Shown here: positions 12,934-27,382 of the stretch, in pieces
Numbering within the stretch: position 1 is the stretch's first letter
Layout of the letters: each line of letters opens with the position of its first letter
Program-made: the position numbers and the translations under genes
Assembly: GCA_951406725.2 (NCBI GenBank)
Contig: OX597815.1
Span: forward strand, 5,332,001 to 5,396,000
DNA: 64,000 nt
DNA from: Octopus vulgaris
Lineage: Eukaryota
Reading direction: 5' to 3'
Notes under the pieces: model-generated
What the model saw: the letters and a program-made list of their open reading frames with translations, nothing else
Databases searched by the model: none
Told to the model about the DNA's origin: nothing

Positions 12934-13764
12934 ATTGATTTTTGAAGAATCTACGTCTTTGTACTGAAATGCTTTTAATAAAGATTTGTTTTAATTAGTT
13001 GCTGACAGCATTAAAATGGTTTTATTATGAAGCATTTATTGCAGCGCATTATAAGTGACAAGATTAACCATTCTACTTTATGTACAACTTTTGTTTAAAA
13101 CTCGTTTTTTTATATTTTTATTAATTAAGCAAAACCAGAATAATTCCTTCATTAACAAACTTTTCCCCTTTTACCCCACTTTTATGTTGTTCCGATAAAG
13201 ATTCGATCGGAGCTAGTTTTTTGTGTAACAGCGAAAGATCTCGATCCAATGAGAAAGCCGACCCAACGGGAGACCTCAGAAAAAGGGACTGGAGTTAATA
13301 AGGGAGCCACGTTGACAAGAGACTCATTATACAGTCTGGAAGAGTTCAAGCAGAGATAATATAATCATTCTTATTCTTTCAATAAGCTTATTACGGTTAA
13401 GGTTACATCACTCGCTGAAAAAATTTGGGAATTAAAATCCAAAAAATTAAACTCCAAATTACTTGGAGCATAATAAAACATGTATTACCCTACTCAAACG
13501 ATAGATGTGGGCACACCCTGTAGTGTTGAATTATGGGAAATACATTAATGCTCAGGGAATACCTTTAATGAGTCTTTTGAGCTTAGGGTGAAACGTATGT
13601 ATGGCTATGTACATGGGTGTATATGTATGTGTGCATATATTTGTGTGTGCATAGGTATTCATGTATGTATATGTGTGTGAGTGTATAGATGTGTATGTGT
13701 ATATATATATATATGTGTGTGCGTGAGTGTATGTGTATAGTATATGTGTTGTTGTTTGTTCCTT

Positions 13765-14024
13765 CTCGAACCATGTTTAGCTCGTAAGGGCCGGTTTCCT
13801 CCGGTTTCATTGGCATATAAGTTCCCCACCTGCAAGATGCAGGAGGAAAGAGTAAAAGAAAGTAGTGGAAAGAGTCAGCAGAAGTCCGCCATTACCTTCT
13901 GCCGGAGCCGCGTGGAGCTTAGGTATTTCGCTCATAAACACACACATCACCCGGTCTGAGATTCGAACCCGGAATGCCTCAACCGCAAGTCCGCTGCTCT
14001 AACCACTAGGTCACGTGCCTCCAC
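13765..14024 (-). mobile_element. SINE related to family C
   Basis: Minus-strand head tggaggcacgtgacctagtggttagagc...gggttcgaatctc; shares the gccggagcc..gtggagcttaggt block with family C. Confidence 0.7.
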
Positions 14025-14027
14025 GTG

Positions 14028-14130
<103 letters not shown>

Positions 14131-14303
14131 TATTTTAAAACCAAACAAGGAAAGACTTAATCAATACATAAAATTTTAATATAAATTAAATAAACCGCAC
14201 TACAAATGTTTATGTCTGCTCCGACAATCTTATATTTTCGATCTTCTAATCAGTATCACAATTTTATGTATTGATTAATCTTTCCTTGTTTGGTTTTAAA
14301 ATA
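14131..14303. repeat. Short fold-back (arms ~45 bp) within a (TA)n-flanked insert extending to ~14400
   Basis: 14131-14175 is the reverse complement of 14260-14303. Confidence 0.8.
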
Positions 14304-14396
14304 GTGGTTTTGTCTCGAATTATATTATATAATATTTTACTATAAATTGATTAACCTAAATCTGATTTTTCCCTGTAATTTGATAATATTTATTAT

Positions 14397-14452
<56 letters not shown>

Positions 14453-14671
14453 TTATATATATACATGTATACTTATTTATAGGTGTATATATCTTTACGT
14501 GTTCGTGTGTGTGTCTGCTAGCGTGAAATGGTGTCTTTCTACTGCCCCAAGGACTGTTCCCTTCACCTCACTCAGTATATCTTCTCAGTTTTAAGGACCC
14601 TAACGACATATCTTGGCCACAACCTATTTGTTCTCTTGCACTCCTTCACAGCAAGCTGTCGCTACAAACTA

Positions 14672-15007
14672 CCGTATTTGACGGCCTATAGGACGCAGGA
14701 GTGCATAGGACGCACCCTAGCCTAGGCTATACTTTTGTAAAATAAATTACCACTAAAATAGTGTTCTAATTCCTCCACTTACCTGTATAACTTTATATTA
14801 TTAACAGTAATAATAAGCAAAATATTGCATTCACATTTGATATAATCATACCGTAGGCGATTGTTCACCAATAGATGGTAGCACACGTTTTGTAAACCGT
14901 TTTCAGCAAGTTTTGAACCTACGTTGATGCATTGGACGTGGAGGGGATTTTTTAAAGCCATTTTGGGGTAAAAGAAAAAGGTGCATCTTAGGGGCCATCA
15001 AATACGG
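14672..15007. mobile_element. pogo/Tigger-type MITE
   Basis: TIRs ccgtatttgacggcctataggacgca / tgcatcttaggggccatcaaatacgg, with TA on both sides. Confidence 0.75.
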
Positions 15008-15217
15008 TAATTAAGATAACTATTTCAAATAAGAGAATCGTTTAATCTTTTTGCTTCTCGCATGACTTTTATATTTCTGGTTTCTTTATGAATTCAAATG
15101 TTCTTTTTCAGAATATCACTTATTCACATGTGTAACTGGCCGAAACTGTAAGGATATCTGGAAACTTGACTGAGGCGAGAAGGCCACGAATGACCCGTCC
15201 TATTTTTTCTCCTGTCC

Positions 15218-15275
<58 letters not shown>

Positions 15276-15531
15276 AGGTATGAGAGGTATTGGTATCTAG
15301 AAGACCCAAAGAGTGGCAGGTAACGCTAAGTAAGTGTAAGGGCTATGGACCGACCTTAGTTAAACTCTTGGTTCGACAGTGATATGGTCGAGGAGTCTAA
15401 TGTCGATCTTGTATTAGCATGCATATATATATTTTAGACAGAATGAGATAACAAAGCCAAGGCTGCGACGGAGTTTTCAGGACATTTATAAGGAAAAAGA
15501 TGTCCTAGAAACAACAGTAAGACTATATATA

Positions 15532-16446
15532 CGAGTGTGAGTCAAAAAGTAATGCCATTTTGTTTAGGACAGGTATAATTACCAATACAGAAACATGTGT
15601 CATACATCCAAATGAAGCTATTCCTCTGCGAATCACATCCCTACTTCTCAACATAGTCACCGTTTCTCTCAATACCAATATTCCACCTTCGAATGAGAGC
15701 ATGTATCCCTGCCCCGTAAAATTCTGTTGACTGTTCTTTAAGCCATTTCTTCATTACAGTTTTCACTTCCTCGTCACTGGAATAATGTTTGCCTCTCAAA
15801 CCTTCTTTCATGGGGCTGAAGACGCTAAATCTGACTTTGTTCGAGAAGTTCAGTTCAGGCATTGCCCTTGTCAGTCTTGCGTTCAGTAGTCAGCTCTCTC
15901 GGTACCCAACGGGCACACACTTTTGAAAAGCCAAGTGATTCGACAATGTTGTAAGCACTTCCATGGCTCACTTCTAGGTTTTCTGCCAACTCATCAAGAG
16001 TTAAGCGCCTGCCTTCTCTGATCAGAGCATCTGCTTTTGTTTTATTGGCAGGATTCACAGAAGCCGACGGCCGGCCAGAACGGGGTTTATCGGCCACACT
16101 CACAGTTTCCACCTTTTCATCTTTCAGACGACGGACCCACCTACATACATTGCTATAATCTAAAGTATTGTCCCCAAAAGACATTTTGTAATCGTCGGTG
16201 AATGTTCACAGGGGTTTCCCCCCTCAGCAACAAGAAATTCAATCACTGCTCTTTGTTTTTGACGTAACTCTAAGGGGGAATCCATTTCGAATTTTCCATA
16301 CCAGTCTAAAAACCTGAAAAGTAAGAAACAAAATATTTCAGAACGTAAATGATAGAATCATTAATAACTGGGAAAATTTTCAGTTATTTTTATCAAAGAC
16401 TTCACATGAAATAAAAAAAATGGCATTACTTTTTGACTCACTCTCG
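15532..16446 (-). mobile_element. Internally deleted mariner transposon
   Basis: ~29-bp TIRs cgagtgtgagtcaaaaagtaatgccatttt and TA TSD. ORF fragments include PRSGRP, KVCARWVPRELT and the C-terminal GIHALIRRW...NGDYVEK. The DD34D core is missing. Confidence 0.92.
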
Positions 16447-16857
16447 TATATCTTTTTCCATATAAATGTCCTGAAATATCCTCGCAGCCGTGGCTTTGTT
16501 ATCTTATTTTCTCTAATATATATATATATATATATATATAATTAATTAATAAGGGTGAGAGAATTAGATACTAATTTAATAGTATATTTATTCCACACCA
16601 AGTGGCCTAGTGCTACGAGAAACCTGGATTATTATAATATTTTATAACATATTATAATATTTTCACAAAATAAATATAAGAGAGTGGTCACTATATTGAT
16701 CACTCTAGCACCAGTTAATCCAAAAGGTTTCTTATTTGCCCTGTCCGTGTGAGCTAACAGTCGTACTGGCTTTCATGGGAAACATGTATTTTCGTGGTTG
16801 AAACCTTTGTTATCTTATTTTCTCTAATATATGTATATATATATATATTTATATAGG

Positions 16858-16901
<44 letters not shown>

Positions 16902-17360
16902 CTGTGAAGTCAGTAATATTGTTTCGGTTTACCAGACAAAGGGACATTTGTTCGTATCATTCTGCAGACACTGTACATTGATCTTGGCGGCAAAAACCCT
17001 CTCACCTCTTTCTGTTTCTGTTACGTGATATAATACCGTATCCAGAGAGAGCGAGAGAGAGATAACAGTTTCACAAGAAGGAATTACAATACATTTCCCG
17101 AGTGTTTCATTAGCCTGCAATGCGGGTTTCAAACCGTATTAACGGCCGCACTGTAAGCAGCGACAGGCTGTTGAAGCTATTCAAATATGGAGATGTTTCT
17201 TAAAACCACTTAAGAGAAGAAATTCTTTGACAACGTAACGATGATAGATACACAGGAAAATATAACAGAATCTCTAAGCCTCCGCCCTAACCTTCCCTCA
17301 TTCACTCCCTCACTCCTTTCTTCCCTTTGTCCCTTTTTCCTCCTCTCACTCATTTATCGT

Positions 17361-17394
<34 letters not shown>

Positions 17395-17971
17395 TCTCCA
17401 AATAAATCTGCGTTAAGGTGCATCCATTATTCCATTCTGTTAGGGTTTTGTGCCGAACTAAAGTAGTGCTGCTTATTAAATCACGTCAGAGTAGCGGCTG
17501 TCTCGACAATTCACAAGAAACATACATACATACAAACATATTCATACATACATATTTATACATACATACATACATACATACATACATACAAACATATTTA
17601 TACATACATACATATATACATACATACATACATACATACATGCATGCATGCATGCATGCATACATACATGTTTACATACATACATATTTATATATGTGTA
17701 TATATACATACATACATACATATAAATACATGTATATATATGTATATGCATGTACATAGACACACACACATATATATTTATATACACACCTATGTATATA
17801 TATCAATAGGAAGAGAGGCATACACACTCTCATACGCACACATACATACATTCATAAACACGCACACACAGACACACACTCACACACACAGTTATTCACA
17901 CGCATATATATAAATATAATTACATATATATATATACACATACACATACACACACAGAGTTGTTCACACGC

Positions 17972-18008
<37 letters not shown>

Positions 18009-18040
18009 TAGATAGATACATAGATAGATAGATAGAAAGA

Positions 18041-18113
<73 letters not shown>

Positions 18114-18135
18114 TATTATATATATATATATATAT

Positions 18136-18167
<32 letters not shown>

Positions 18168-18176
18168 GTAGATAGG

Positions 18177-18207
<31 letters not shown>

Positions 18208-18566
18208 GTAGATAGGTAGATAGACAGAAAGACAGACAGATAGATAGATAGACAGACAGACAGACATACGAGTGTATCTCTAGTGATGGGTGGATATCGA
18301 GATAGAAGAATGGTCGAGTAGGAGGATGCCTCATTCGTCAAACGAGTCAATATTGCTTCTTACATAAGCAAAGAATTTGCAGAACTGCTTTGCTGGAGAC
18401 AGAACGAAATGATTCTGTTCTTGGTGTTGTTGCTTCTGTCGACCTTCTTCTCTTTCTTCATTTCAGCCTCCCACACTCTTCTTCTATCTTTTGGTTTTTT
18501 TCCTAGTCAATATTCACTCGTGCATACGCACACGCGAACTCAAACGCACGCGCGCACTCGCGCACG

Positions 18567-18624
<58 letters not shown>

Positions 18625-18719
18625 GAAACAAATATACTTGGACATATACCCATCTATTTGTCTATCTGTCTGTCTATCTATCTATCTATCTGTATCTGAT
18701 CTATATATATATATGCGCT

Positions 18720-18784
<65 letters not shown>

Positions 18785-18918
18785 ATGTACGTATATGTAT
18801 ATGTATGTATATGTATATGTATATGTATATATATGCATATATATATATACATATATATGTGTGTATACGTGAATATTTATATACATGCATATTTATCACA
18901 CACATATCTGTATGTAAG

Positions 18919-18950
<32 letters not shown>

Positions 18951-19027
18951 TATATAATGTGTATATATATATGTCCTTATGTGTATACATATCTATATAT
19001 ATATAAATATATATATATATAAACACT

Positions 19028-19078
<51 letters not shown>

Positions 19079-19464
19079 GTATATTCAGCCATTCACTTTT
19101 AACTCGTAAACCATAACGCAGTGTGAATATGTTAACATCACGCCATCTTTTCGCTTCCTATATATAATATAATTTTTGCGCAAAGAATCCCAATGAGAAT
19201 CCCAAATTTTTCCATGCTAATCATAGAATACTACAAGAATCAGCAAAAATATTGCCTTTGTTTTCTTCTAAAAATATAGACGGACACAAAACCGTTGTCA
19301 CTGTGCGTTGCCAGATTCGGCTGCAAATCGCCAACTGAGCCGCATCTTGGCTTATTTCAGGACAGCACGTCCCTCGAAGCCGCTTGCTGCTTTTTTTATT
19401 TTTAAAGAAAAGAATCATAGTGAATATTGTACTTAGCTGATCGATTATGTAAATTGGAATGAAA

Positions 19465-19911
19465 GCGGCGAGCTGGCAGAAACGTTAGCACGCTGGGCGA
19501 AATACGTAGCAGTATTTCGTCTGCCGTTACGTTCTGAGTTCAAATTCCGCTGAGGTTGACTTTGCCTTTCATGCTTTCGGGGTCGATTAAATAAGTACCA
19601 GTTACGCACTGGGGTCGATATAATCGACTTAATCCGTTTGTCTGTCCATGTTTGTCCCCTCTGTGTTTAGCCCCTTGTGGGCAATAAAGAAATAAGAAAC
19701 GTTAGCACGCCGGGCGAAACGTGAAGCCGTATTTCGTCTACCGTTACGTTCTGAGTTCAAATTCCGCCGCGGTCGACTTTGCCGTTCATCCTTTCGAGGT
19801 CGATTAAATAAGTACCAGTTACGCACTGGGGTCGACATAATCGACTCAATCCCTTTGTATGTCCTTGTTTGTCCCCTCCGTGTTTAGCCCCTTGTGGGTA
19901 GTAAAGAAATA
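19465..19911 (+). mobile_element. SINE family B with TSD
   Basis: Duplicated body; flanking direct repeat tatgtaaattggaat at ~19446-19460 and ~19912-19926. Confidence 0.88.
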
Positions 19912-20407
19912 TATGTAAATTGGAATCTATTTACAGACGATGCTTATATTTTTAAAAAGTTTACTAGTCAATGGATAAGGCACCGGATTACTAATTCTAG
20001 GTCTGCGAGTTCGAATTCCGTCGGAGGTAGATTTGATTTTTATATGAGCAGGCTTGATTTTGAACTGATGACGGTTCTTGTTTCAGTTCTACAGAATGGA
20101 TGCGTGTAGAGTCATAACGAGATAAGCAGAACATAAGATTCTGCTGCGCTTTTAGCGCTTTCAGGTTATCACGTGCATTGGTCGATCTCCAACGGTCCGT
20201 GACGCATTTCGTTCAGCAGACGACACGGATCGGAAAACGTGTCTGGGTAAATTCTTCTATTCAAGACCCGGTGATTTTCTACTGCCAAGTAGTGGAACGT
20301 TGGCAATGAATCGTGAACAATTATTGATTGATTCGTTAAAATTGTTAAAATGAAGCATAAAAAGAAAAAACAAGAAAACAGCGAACAAATTTATCTGACG
20401 ACCCAAT

Positions 20408-20795
20408 ATGGATGGAAGCACTCCGTCGGTTACGACGACGAGGGTTCCGGTTGATCCGAATCAACGGAACAGCCTGCTCGTGAAATTAACGTGCAAGTGG
20501 CTGAGCACTCCACAGACACGTGTACCCTTAACGTAGTTCTCGGGGATATTCAGCGTGACACAGAGAGTGACAAGGCCGGCCCTTTGAAATACAGGTTCAA
20601 CAGAAACAGGAAGTAAGAGTGAGAGAAAGTTGTGGTGAAAGAGTACAGCAGGGATCCCCACCATCCCTGTCAGAGCCTCGTGGAGCTTTGGGTGTTTTCG
20701 CTCAATAAACACTCACAACGCCCGGTCTGGGAATCGAAACCGCGATCCTACGACTGAGAGTCCGCTGCCCTAACCACTGGGCCATTGCGCCTCCT
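20408..20795 (-). mobile_element. SINE family C, full length with TSD
   Basis: Direct repeat tgacgacccaatat on both sides; tRNA-like head at the right end. Confidence 0.88.
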
Positions 20796-21020
20796 TGACG
20801 ACCCAATATAATAAGAATATCATTAAGCAGTGATTGGTGAAACTGTAATGTGCTTGATGCACGTTCGAACTTGGGAACAAGTTACTCACTGCGTTTTGTT
20901 ACGGACAATATATCTCGCTTGTTGACAAATAACTCATGGGCAAGTGTATTCTATTATAGCCTCGAGCCGACCAAAGCCTTGTGAGTGGAATTGGTAGACA
21001 GAAACTAAAAGAAGCCCGTC

Positions 21021-21075
<55 letters not shown>

Positions 21076-21104
21076 TATATATATATATGTTTATATATAT
21101 ATGT

Positions 21105-21486
21105 TTATATATAAAAGAGAAGTTGTGTGTCTGTCTCCTACGATTTAGATTCCTAACTACTCCCACATTTTGCGGTGCAGTTTTACCAAAACCGGGTATC
21201 TTATAGTCGTGATTCATATCGAGCCCTTCTGGGTATTATTGCGCGTCTACAATTAAAAAAAAATTTACCATCATTTTTTTCCATTTTAATGCATTTTTTC
21301 GCTATTATATAAGGGAAGTAACTCTCTAAATATGTCTGCGATGAGTCAACGATTTAAAAAAAATTACCATCATTTTTTTTTTCCATTTTTAATGCATTTT
21401 TTTGCTATTTTTTGGCTATAACTCTCTAAAAATGCTTATATAGTTATTTCCCTTACAAACCCGAGCAACGCCGGGCGATACTGCTA

Positions 21487-21487
<1 letters not shown>
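21105..21487 (+). mobile_element. Non-autonomous Helitron-like element inserted in the (TA)n of a SINE A copy
   Basis: 5' tatataaaa..gtgtgtctgtc; 3' hairpin cccgagcaacgccggg followed by CTAG. SINE A halves lie at 20938-21021 and 21536-21740. Confidence 0.7.
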
Positions 21488-21539
<52 letters not shown>

Positions 21540-21817
21540 TGTGTGTCTGTGTTTGTCCTCTCAACATCGCTTGCTTGACAACTGATGCTGGTGTGTTTAC
21601 ATCCCCGTAACTTAGCGGTTCGGCAAAAGTGACCGATAGAATAAGTACTAGGCTTACAAAGAATAAGTCCTGAGGTCGATTCAATACGGCTAAAGGCGGT
21701 GCTCCAACATTGCCGCAGTGAAATGACTGAAACAAAAGAAAAAAAAGAACCGTGTAAACTGAACTAACATGGTACACAGTGTCTTGCTCAAGGCCCAGAA
21801 ATTGAAACCGTGACCCG

Positions 21818-22205
21818 ATGGATGGAAGCACTCCGTCGGTTACGACGATGAGGGTTCCGGTTGATCCGAATCAACGGAACAGCCTGCTCGTGAAATTAAC
21901 GTGTAAGTGGCTGAGCACTCCACAGACACGTGCACCTTTAACGTAGTTCTCGGGGATATTCAGCGTGACACAGAGAGTGACAAGGCCGGCCCTTTGAAAT
22001 ACAGGTACAACAGAAACAGGAAGTAAGAATGAGAGAAAGTTGTGGTGAAAGAGTACAGCAGGGATCACCACCATCCCCTGCCGGAGCCTCGTGGAGCTTT
22101 AGGTGTTTTCGCTCAATAAACACTCACAACGCCCGGTCTGGGAATCGAAACCGCGATCCTACGACCGAGAGTCCGCTGCCCTAACCACTGGGCCATTGCG
22201 CCTCC
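21818..22205 (-). mobile_element. SINE family C (duplicated together with its flank)
   Basis: Near-identical to 20408-20795 and followed by the same ~140-bp flank. Confidence 0.85.
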
Positions 22206-22391
22206 TTGACGACCCAATATAATAAGAATACCACTAAGCAGTGATTGGTGAAACTGTAATGTGCTTGATGCACATTCGAACTTGGGAACAAGTTACTCAC
22301 TGCGTTTTGTTACGGACAATATATCTCGCTTGTTGACAAGTAACTCATGAGGTTTATAGGTAGACAGTACCATGTTTACGCTAATTGTTTA

Positions 22392-22556
22392 GGCGCAGGA
22401 GTGGCTGCGGGGTAAGTAGCTTGTTTTCCAATCACATGGTTCCGGGTTCTGTCCCACTGCGTGGCGCCTTGGGCAAGTGTATTCTATTATGGCCTCGGGA
22501 AGACCAAAGCCTTGTGAGTGGATTTCGTAGACGGAAACTGAAAGAAACCCGTCGTA

Positions 22557-22588
<32 letters not shown>

Positions 22589-22800
22589 GAGATATGTGTT
22601 TGTGTGTCCGTGTTTGTTCTCTCAACATCGCTTGCTTGACAACTGATGCTGGTGTGTTTACGTCCCCGTAACTTAGCGGTTCGGCAAAAGTGACCGATAG
22701 AATAAGTACTAGGCTTAACAAAGAATAAGTCCTGAGGTCGATTCGATCGACTAAAGGCGGTGCTCCAGCATTGCCGCAGTGAAATGACTGAAACAAGAAA
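22392..22800 (+). mobile_element. SINE family A, full length
   Basis: Complete head-to-tail homology with 800-1215. Confidence 0.85.
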
Positions 22801-23280
22801 AAAAAAGAACCGTGTAAACTGAACTAACGTGATACACAGTGTCTTGCTCAAGGCCCAGAAATCGAAACCGAGACCCAATGATCATGAGGTGAACACTCTA
22901 ACCATTATGCCAAGCAAAGTAATAAATGTTCTGGGGACTTATATTTGAAATGGTGATTATACCTTTCCCATAATTGTAAAGAACACGTAAATAAAGAATA
23001 CAGTGGCTGAGCAGAGATCTTTGTCGACTCAGAGACTGCGACCATGCTGGAGCATCGCTTGGAAGATTTAGTAGAACAAATCGACCTCGGTACTCATTAT
23101 TAAGTCTAGTAAGTATTTTATTTCTTTTTTCGAACTACCAAGTTACGGGGACGTAAACAAACCAATCTTGTTTGTCAAGCATAAAGACACGCACACGTAT
23201 ACGTACATATATTAAGACGGGCTTCTGCACAGTTTCCGTCTGCAGGATTGCTCGGCCCGGGGGCTATAGTAGAAGACACT

Positions 23281-25394
23281 AAGGCGGCGAGCTGGCAGAA
23301 ACGTTAGCGCGCCGGGTGAAATGCTTAGCGGTATTTCGTCTGTCGTTACGTTTTGAGTTCAAATTCCACCGAGGTCGACTTTGCCTTTCATCCTTTCGGG
23401 GTCGATAAATTAAGTACCAGTTACGCACTGGGGTCGATGTAATCGACTTAATCCGTTTGCCTGTCCTTCTTTGTGTTCTCTGTGTTTCGCCCCTTGTGGG
23501 TAGTGTAGAAATATGGGATCTTTTCCTTTTGAAAGCCAGATTTTCCTAGTTAACTAAACAATTTGAAACTTCGTATACTGGTAGAATGTGTCAAAAGAAA
23601 ACATAATTGTAAACCAAAATGAAAACGGAATTGTAATTTCTAAGTTTAACGTTGTTTAAAAATTCGAATTTTAACCAATGATATTCTTTCTTTCGGCCTC
23701 ATATTATTTACTGCTTCTCAAAATATTGTTACTGTGACGGACGTAAACAGCTATTTTGTGACGTAGTTAACGTATCTAAAATATAAACATCACCGTCCCA
23801 TATAACAAAGTCCTAAACAGACAGAATAATAATAAAAATACGGCGGGCTTTCGAAATAGCTGTCGAGAATAAAATAAAATTTCGATGGTAAATTTTTGGA
23901 GGGGTTTCGGTAATTTTCGTCACTCTAAAATACATGTAATTCGCATTAAATCTTATTTTTCTGAAAAATCCACGTTTTAAAACATTTTAACTGCCCACCC
24001 CCTTCCTTAATAATATTTCTTTCCCCAGTAAGTACAAGGCCTGAAGCTGATGGGAAGAACTAGTCGATTGTATTCAACTGGTACTTATTCTATAAGCGCC
24101 GCCCGAAAGAAGGAAAGCTCAGCAATATTCGAACACGGAACGTAAAGATTCGTAAGAAATGACGCTAGGCATTTTATCCGATGCACTACCGATTCTGCCA
24201 GCTTTACATTATATTTTTCGTCGAAGTTTAACTATGTCACCTTGATGATATATTTTTACGCGTGGACACATAATAGAGAGATAATGTGGATCAGATGATA
24301 TTACATGCTGACAAGGGCTTGGTAAAGGACTGTTAGAATGTTTAGGGATACGGTCCTATACGTTCGGGTTTCAACCCTCACCGGAATTCAAAACAAGCCG
24401 TCTGTTCTTCCACGGTCGAGAAAATACATCGATCAAGTATTGGAGATCGATATAAATGATTATACCCTCCACTCACCCCAAAATATATGCTTTGTGTCTA
24501 TAATCAATATTACAAATATATTGTTATTGCTATTTAACTCAGGTCATCCTGATAAACCCGGTTGAGGATCAAAGGGTTCCAACTATGACCAACCCGTATT
24601 TTTGCCCACCCCCCCTTTTTTTCAGATACAGCATCTATGATTATATTAGCCAATGTACCCTTCCTTTAACCCAGTAGTATATGGTTTTAAGGGGATTTGG
24701 GTGTTATTCCTAGCACATCGACGAGCGAAAACGCAGAGGGGCCCTGATTGTGTGCGAGTATGCGTATGGATGGGTACGTGTGTGTATGTGGGTGCATACA
24801 AGCCAAATAACCGGTTCAAGGCGTGTGTCAAACTGAAGAATCAAAGCGTGTGCACAAGTTTATAGTAAATATATACATTGTATAGAGAAAACACCCGAAG
24901 CCTATACAAAAACACTGAATATATGTTTATTATTCATCCAAAGTAAACAGTACGTGTGTGCTGTTTACGTCACAGTAACAATATGTTTAGACGGAGCAAA
25001 TAATTTCAACTGAATACAGAGAATACGATTGGTTAAAATTCGCAGATTTAAACTACGTATAAACTTATAAAATACATTTTTGTCAAAAAAACTAGTTGAA
25101 ATTATTGTTTTCTTTTGACACATTCTACCAGTATACGAAGTTTCAAATTATTTAGTTAACTAGAAAAATCTGAAAAATCTGGCTTTCAAAAAGAAAAGAT
25201 CCGAAATATGTATTTCGTCTGTCGTTACATTCTGAGTTCAAATTCCCCCGAGGTCGACTTTGCCTTTCATCCTTTCAGGGTCGATGAATAAGGTACCAGT
25301 TTCGCACTGGGGTCGATGTAATCGACTTAATCCTTTTGTCTGTCCTTGTTTATCCTCTCTATGTTTAGCCCCTTGTGAGTAGTAAAGAAATATG
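23281..25394 (+). mobile_element. SINE family B, split by a DNA element and itself inserted in an old SINE A (~23035-25480, minus)
   Basis: Halves at 23281-23515 and 25203-25394. TSD tagtagaagacact (23267-23280) / tagtagaagaccct (25395-25408). Confidence 0.85.
23516..25202. mobile_element. Non-autonomous DNA transposon with long TIRs and 8-bp TSD (Merlin- or MULE-type)
   Basis: Ends GGATCTTTTC.../...GAAAAGATCC. The inverted match is strong for ~90 bp and traceable to ~250 bp. TSD gaaatatg at 23508-23515 and 25203-25210. Confidence 0.85.
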
Positions 25395-25908
25395 TAGTAG
25401 AAGACCCTTGCTCAAGTTACCGCGCAGTGGAATTGAACTGGAAACCACGACGTCGCAATGCGAGCTTCTTAAGCAAACAATTATGCCGAACTAAAGTTCT
25501 AGAAGAGGTTTGGTGTAGTTCCAAATAATATTTCCAAATGACGCACAAGGAATATTGTTTAGGGTTTGTAGAGATTTTGGTGGGAAAAATGGAAATACGA
25601 GTAGGCAGGCGTAATTACTCGGTTATAATAGGAACTAGGTTTTAAGTGAAAGTTGGTCGTTTGAGCGAGGGCTGATTGGATAAACAAAATCATATTCATC
25701 CAGATTTTGTTCATGCAAACATGGCGCATTAAAGTACATTGTTGCTACACGCACAAAAAAAAACAACAAAAAAAAACAAAAGAAAATTCAGGTAAAAATA
25801 ATAATAATAATTGTAACGAAAACAAAAGCATTTGGTTCCCTGGGGGAAGAACTTTGGGCACACTGGCATCTTTTGTAACACCTTTAATTGCTTTCCTCTG
25901 ATGAAAAC

Positions 25909-25952
<44 letters not shown>

Positions 25953-26010
25953 TTAAGGAGTAGTGGGCTTTATCTCTAATTTAATATATATATATATATA
26001 TATATATATG

Positions 26011-26762
<752 letters not shown>

Positions 26763-26924
26763 TCAAATAAAAGAAGAAAGACACAGAAGGTCCTGTAATT
26801 ATTATTGACATTAAAAGCGGACGGGAATATGGTTCTCTATTCATGGGGCGAAGAACAAACATCACGCTCACATTTCATTATTCATATATAACGCTCTCTC
26901 TCCCTCTCTCTCTCTCTCTCACCC

Positions 26925-26977
<53 letters not shown>

Positions 26978-27261
26978 ACTTTGTTACAATCTGCAGGAAC
27001 AAGCTCGCTGTCGGCTTTAATCGAAGTATTCGGGGGTTTGTTGTTTTTAAAGCGCTACTGATTGGAACGGAAGGAGATGTGTGGGTGGGTTGTTGTGAGG
27101 CGGATAAAGAACACGTGTGTTTATAGTCCAGCATTTATGTTACGCGCATGCGCGCGCGGATCGATTTTTTTCTTGGTCAGCTTCTTTCCATATATGACGT
27201 ATGTATTTTAGAAACGAATTTATTTCTGCCTGTTTATGTCAATGCCTGATCATTAAGCATT

Positions 27262-27307
<46 letters not shown>

Positions 27308-27382
27308 TACATGCACACGCACCTACATTCACTCACATGTCTGTCTAACATGTATATGCCAGTATACATACACATACACGTA

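Noticed and set aside
14775-14961. Strong minus-strand donor CAG|GTAAGT at the end of a 60-aa ORF
   Set aside because: It lies inside a pogo-type MITE and the peptide is unrecognisable.
20720-20795. tRNA-like sequence with A/B boxes (also 12430-12500, 22130-22205, 11925-11982)
   Set aside because: These are SINE heads continuous with SINE bodies and TSDs; no complete acceptor stem was seen.
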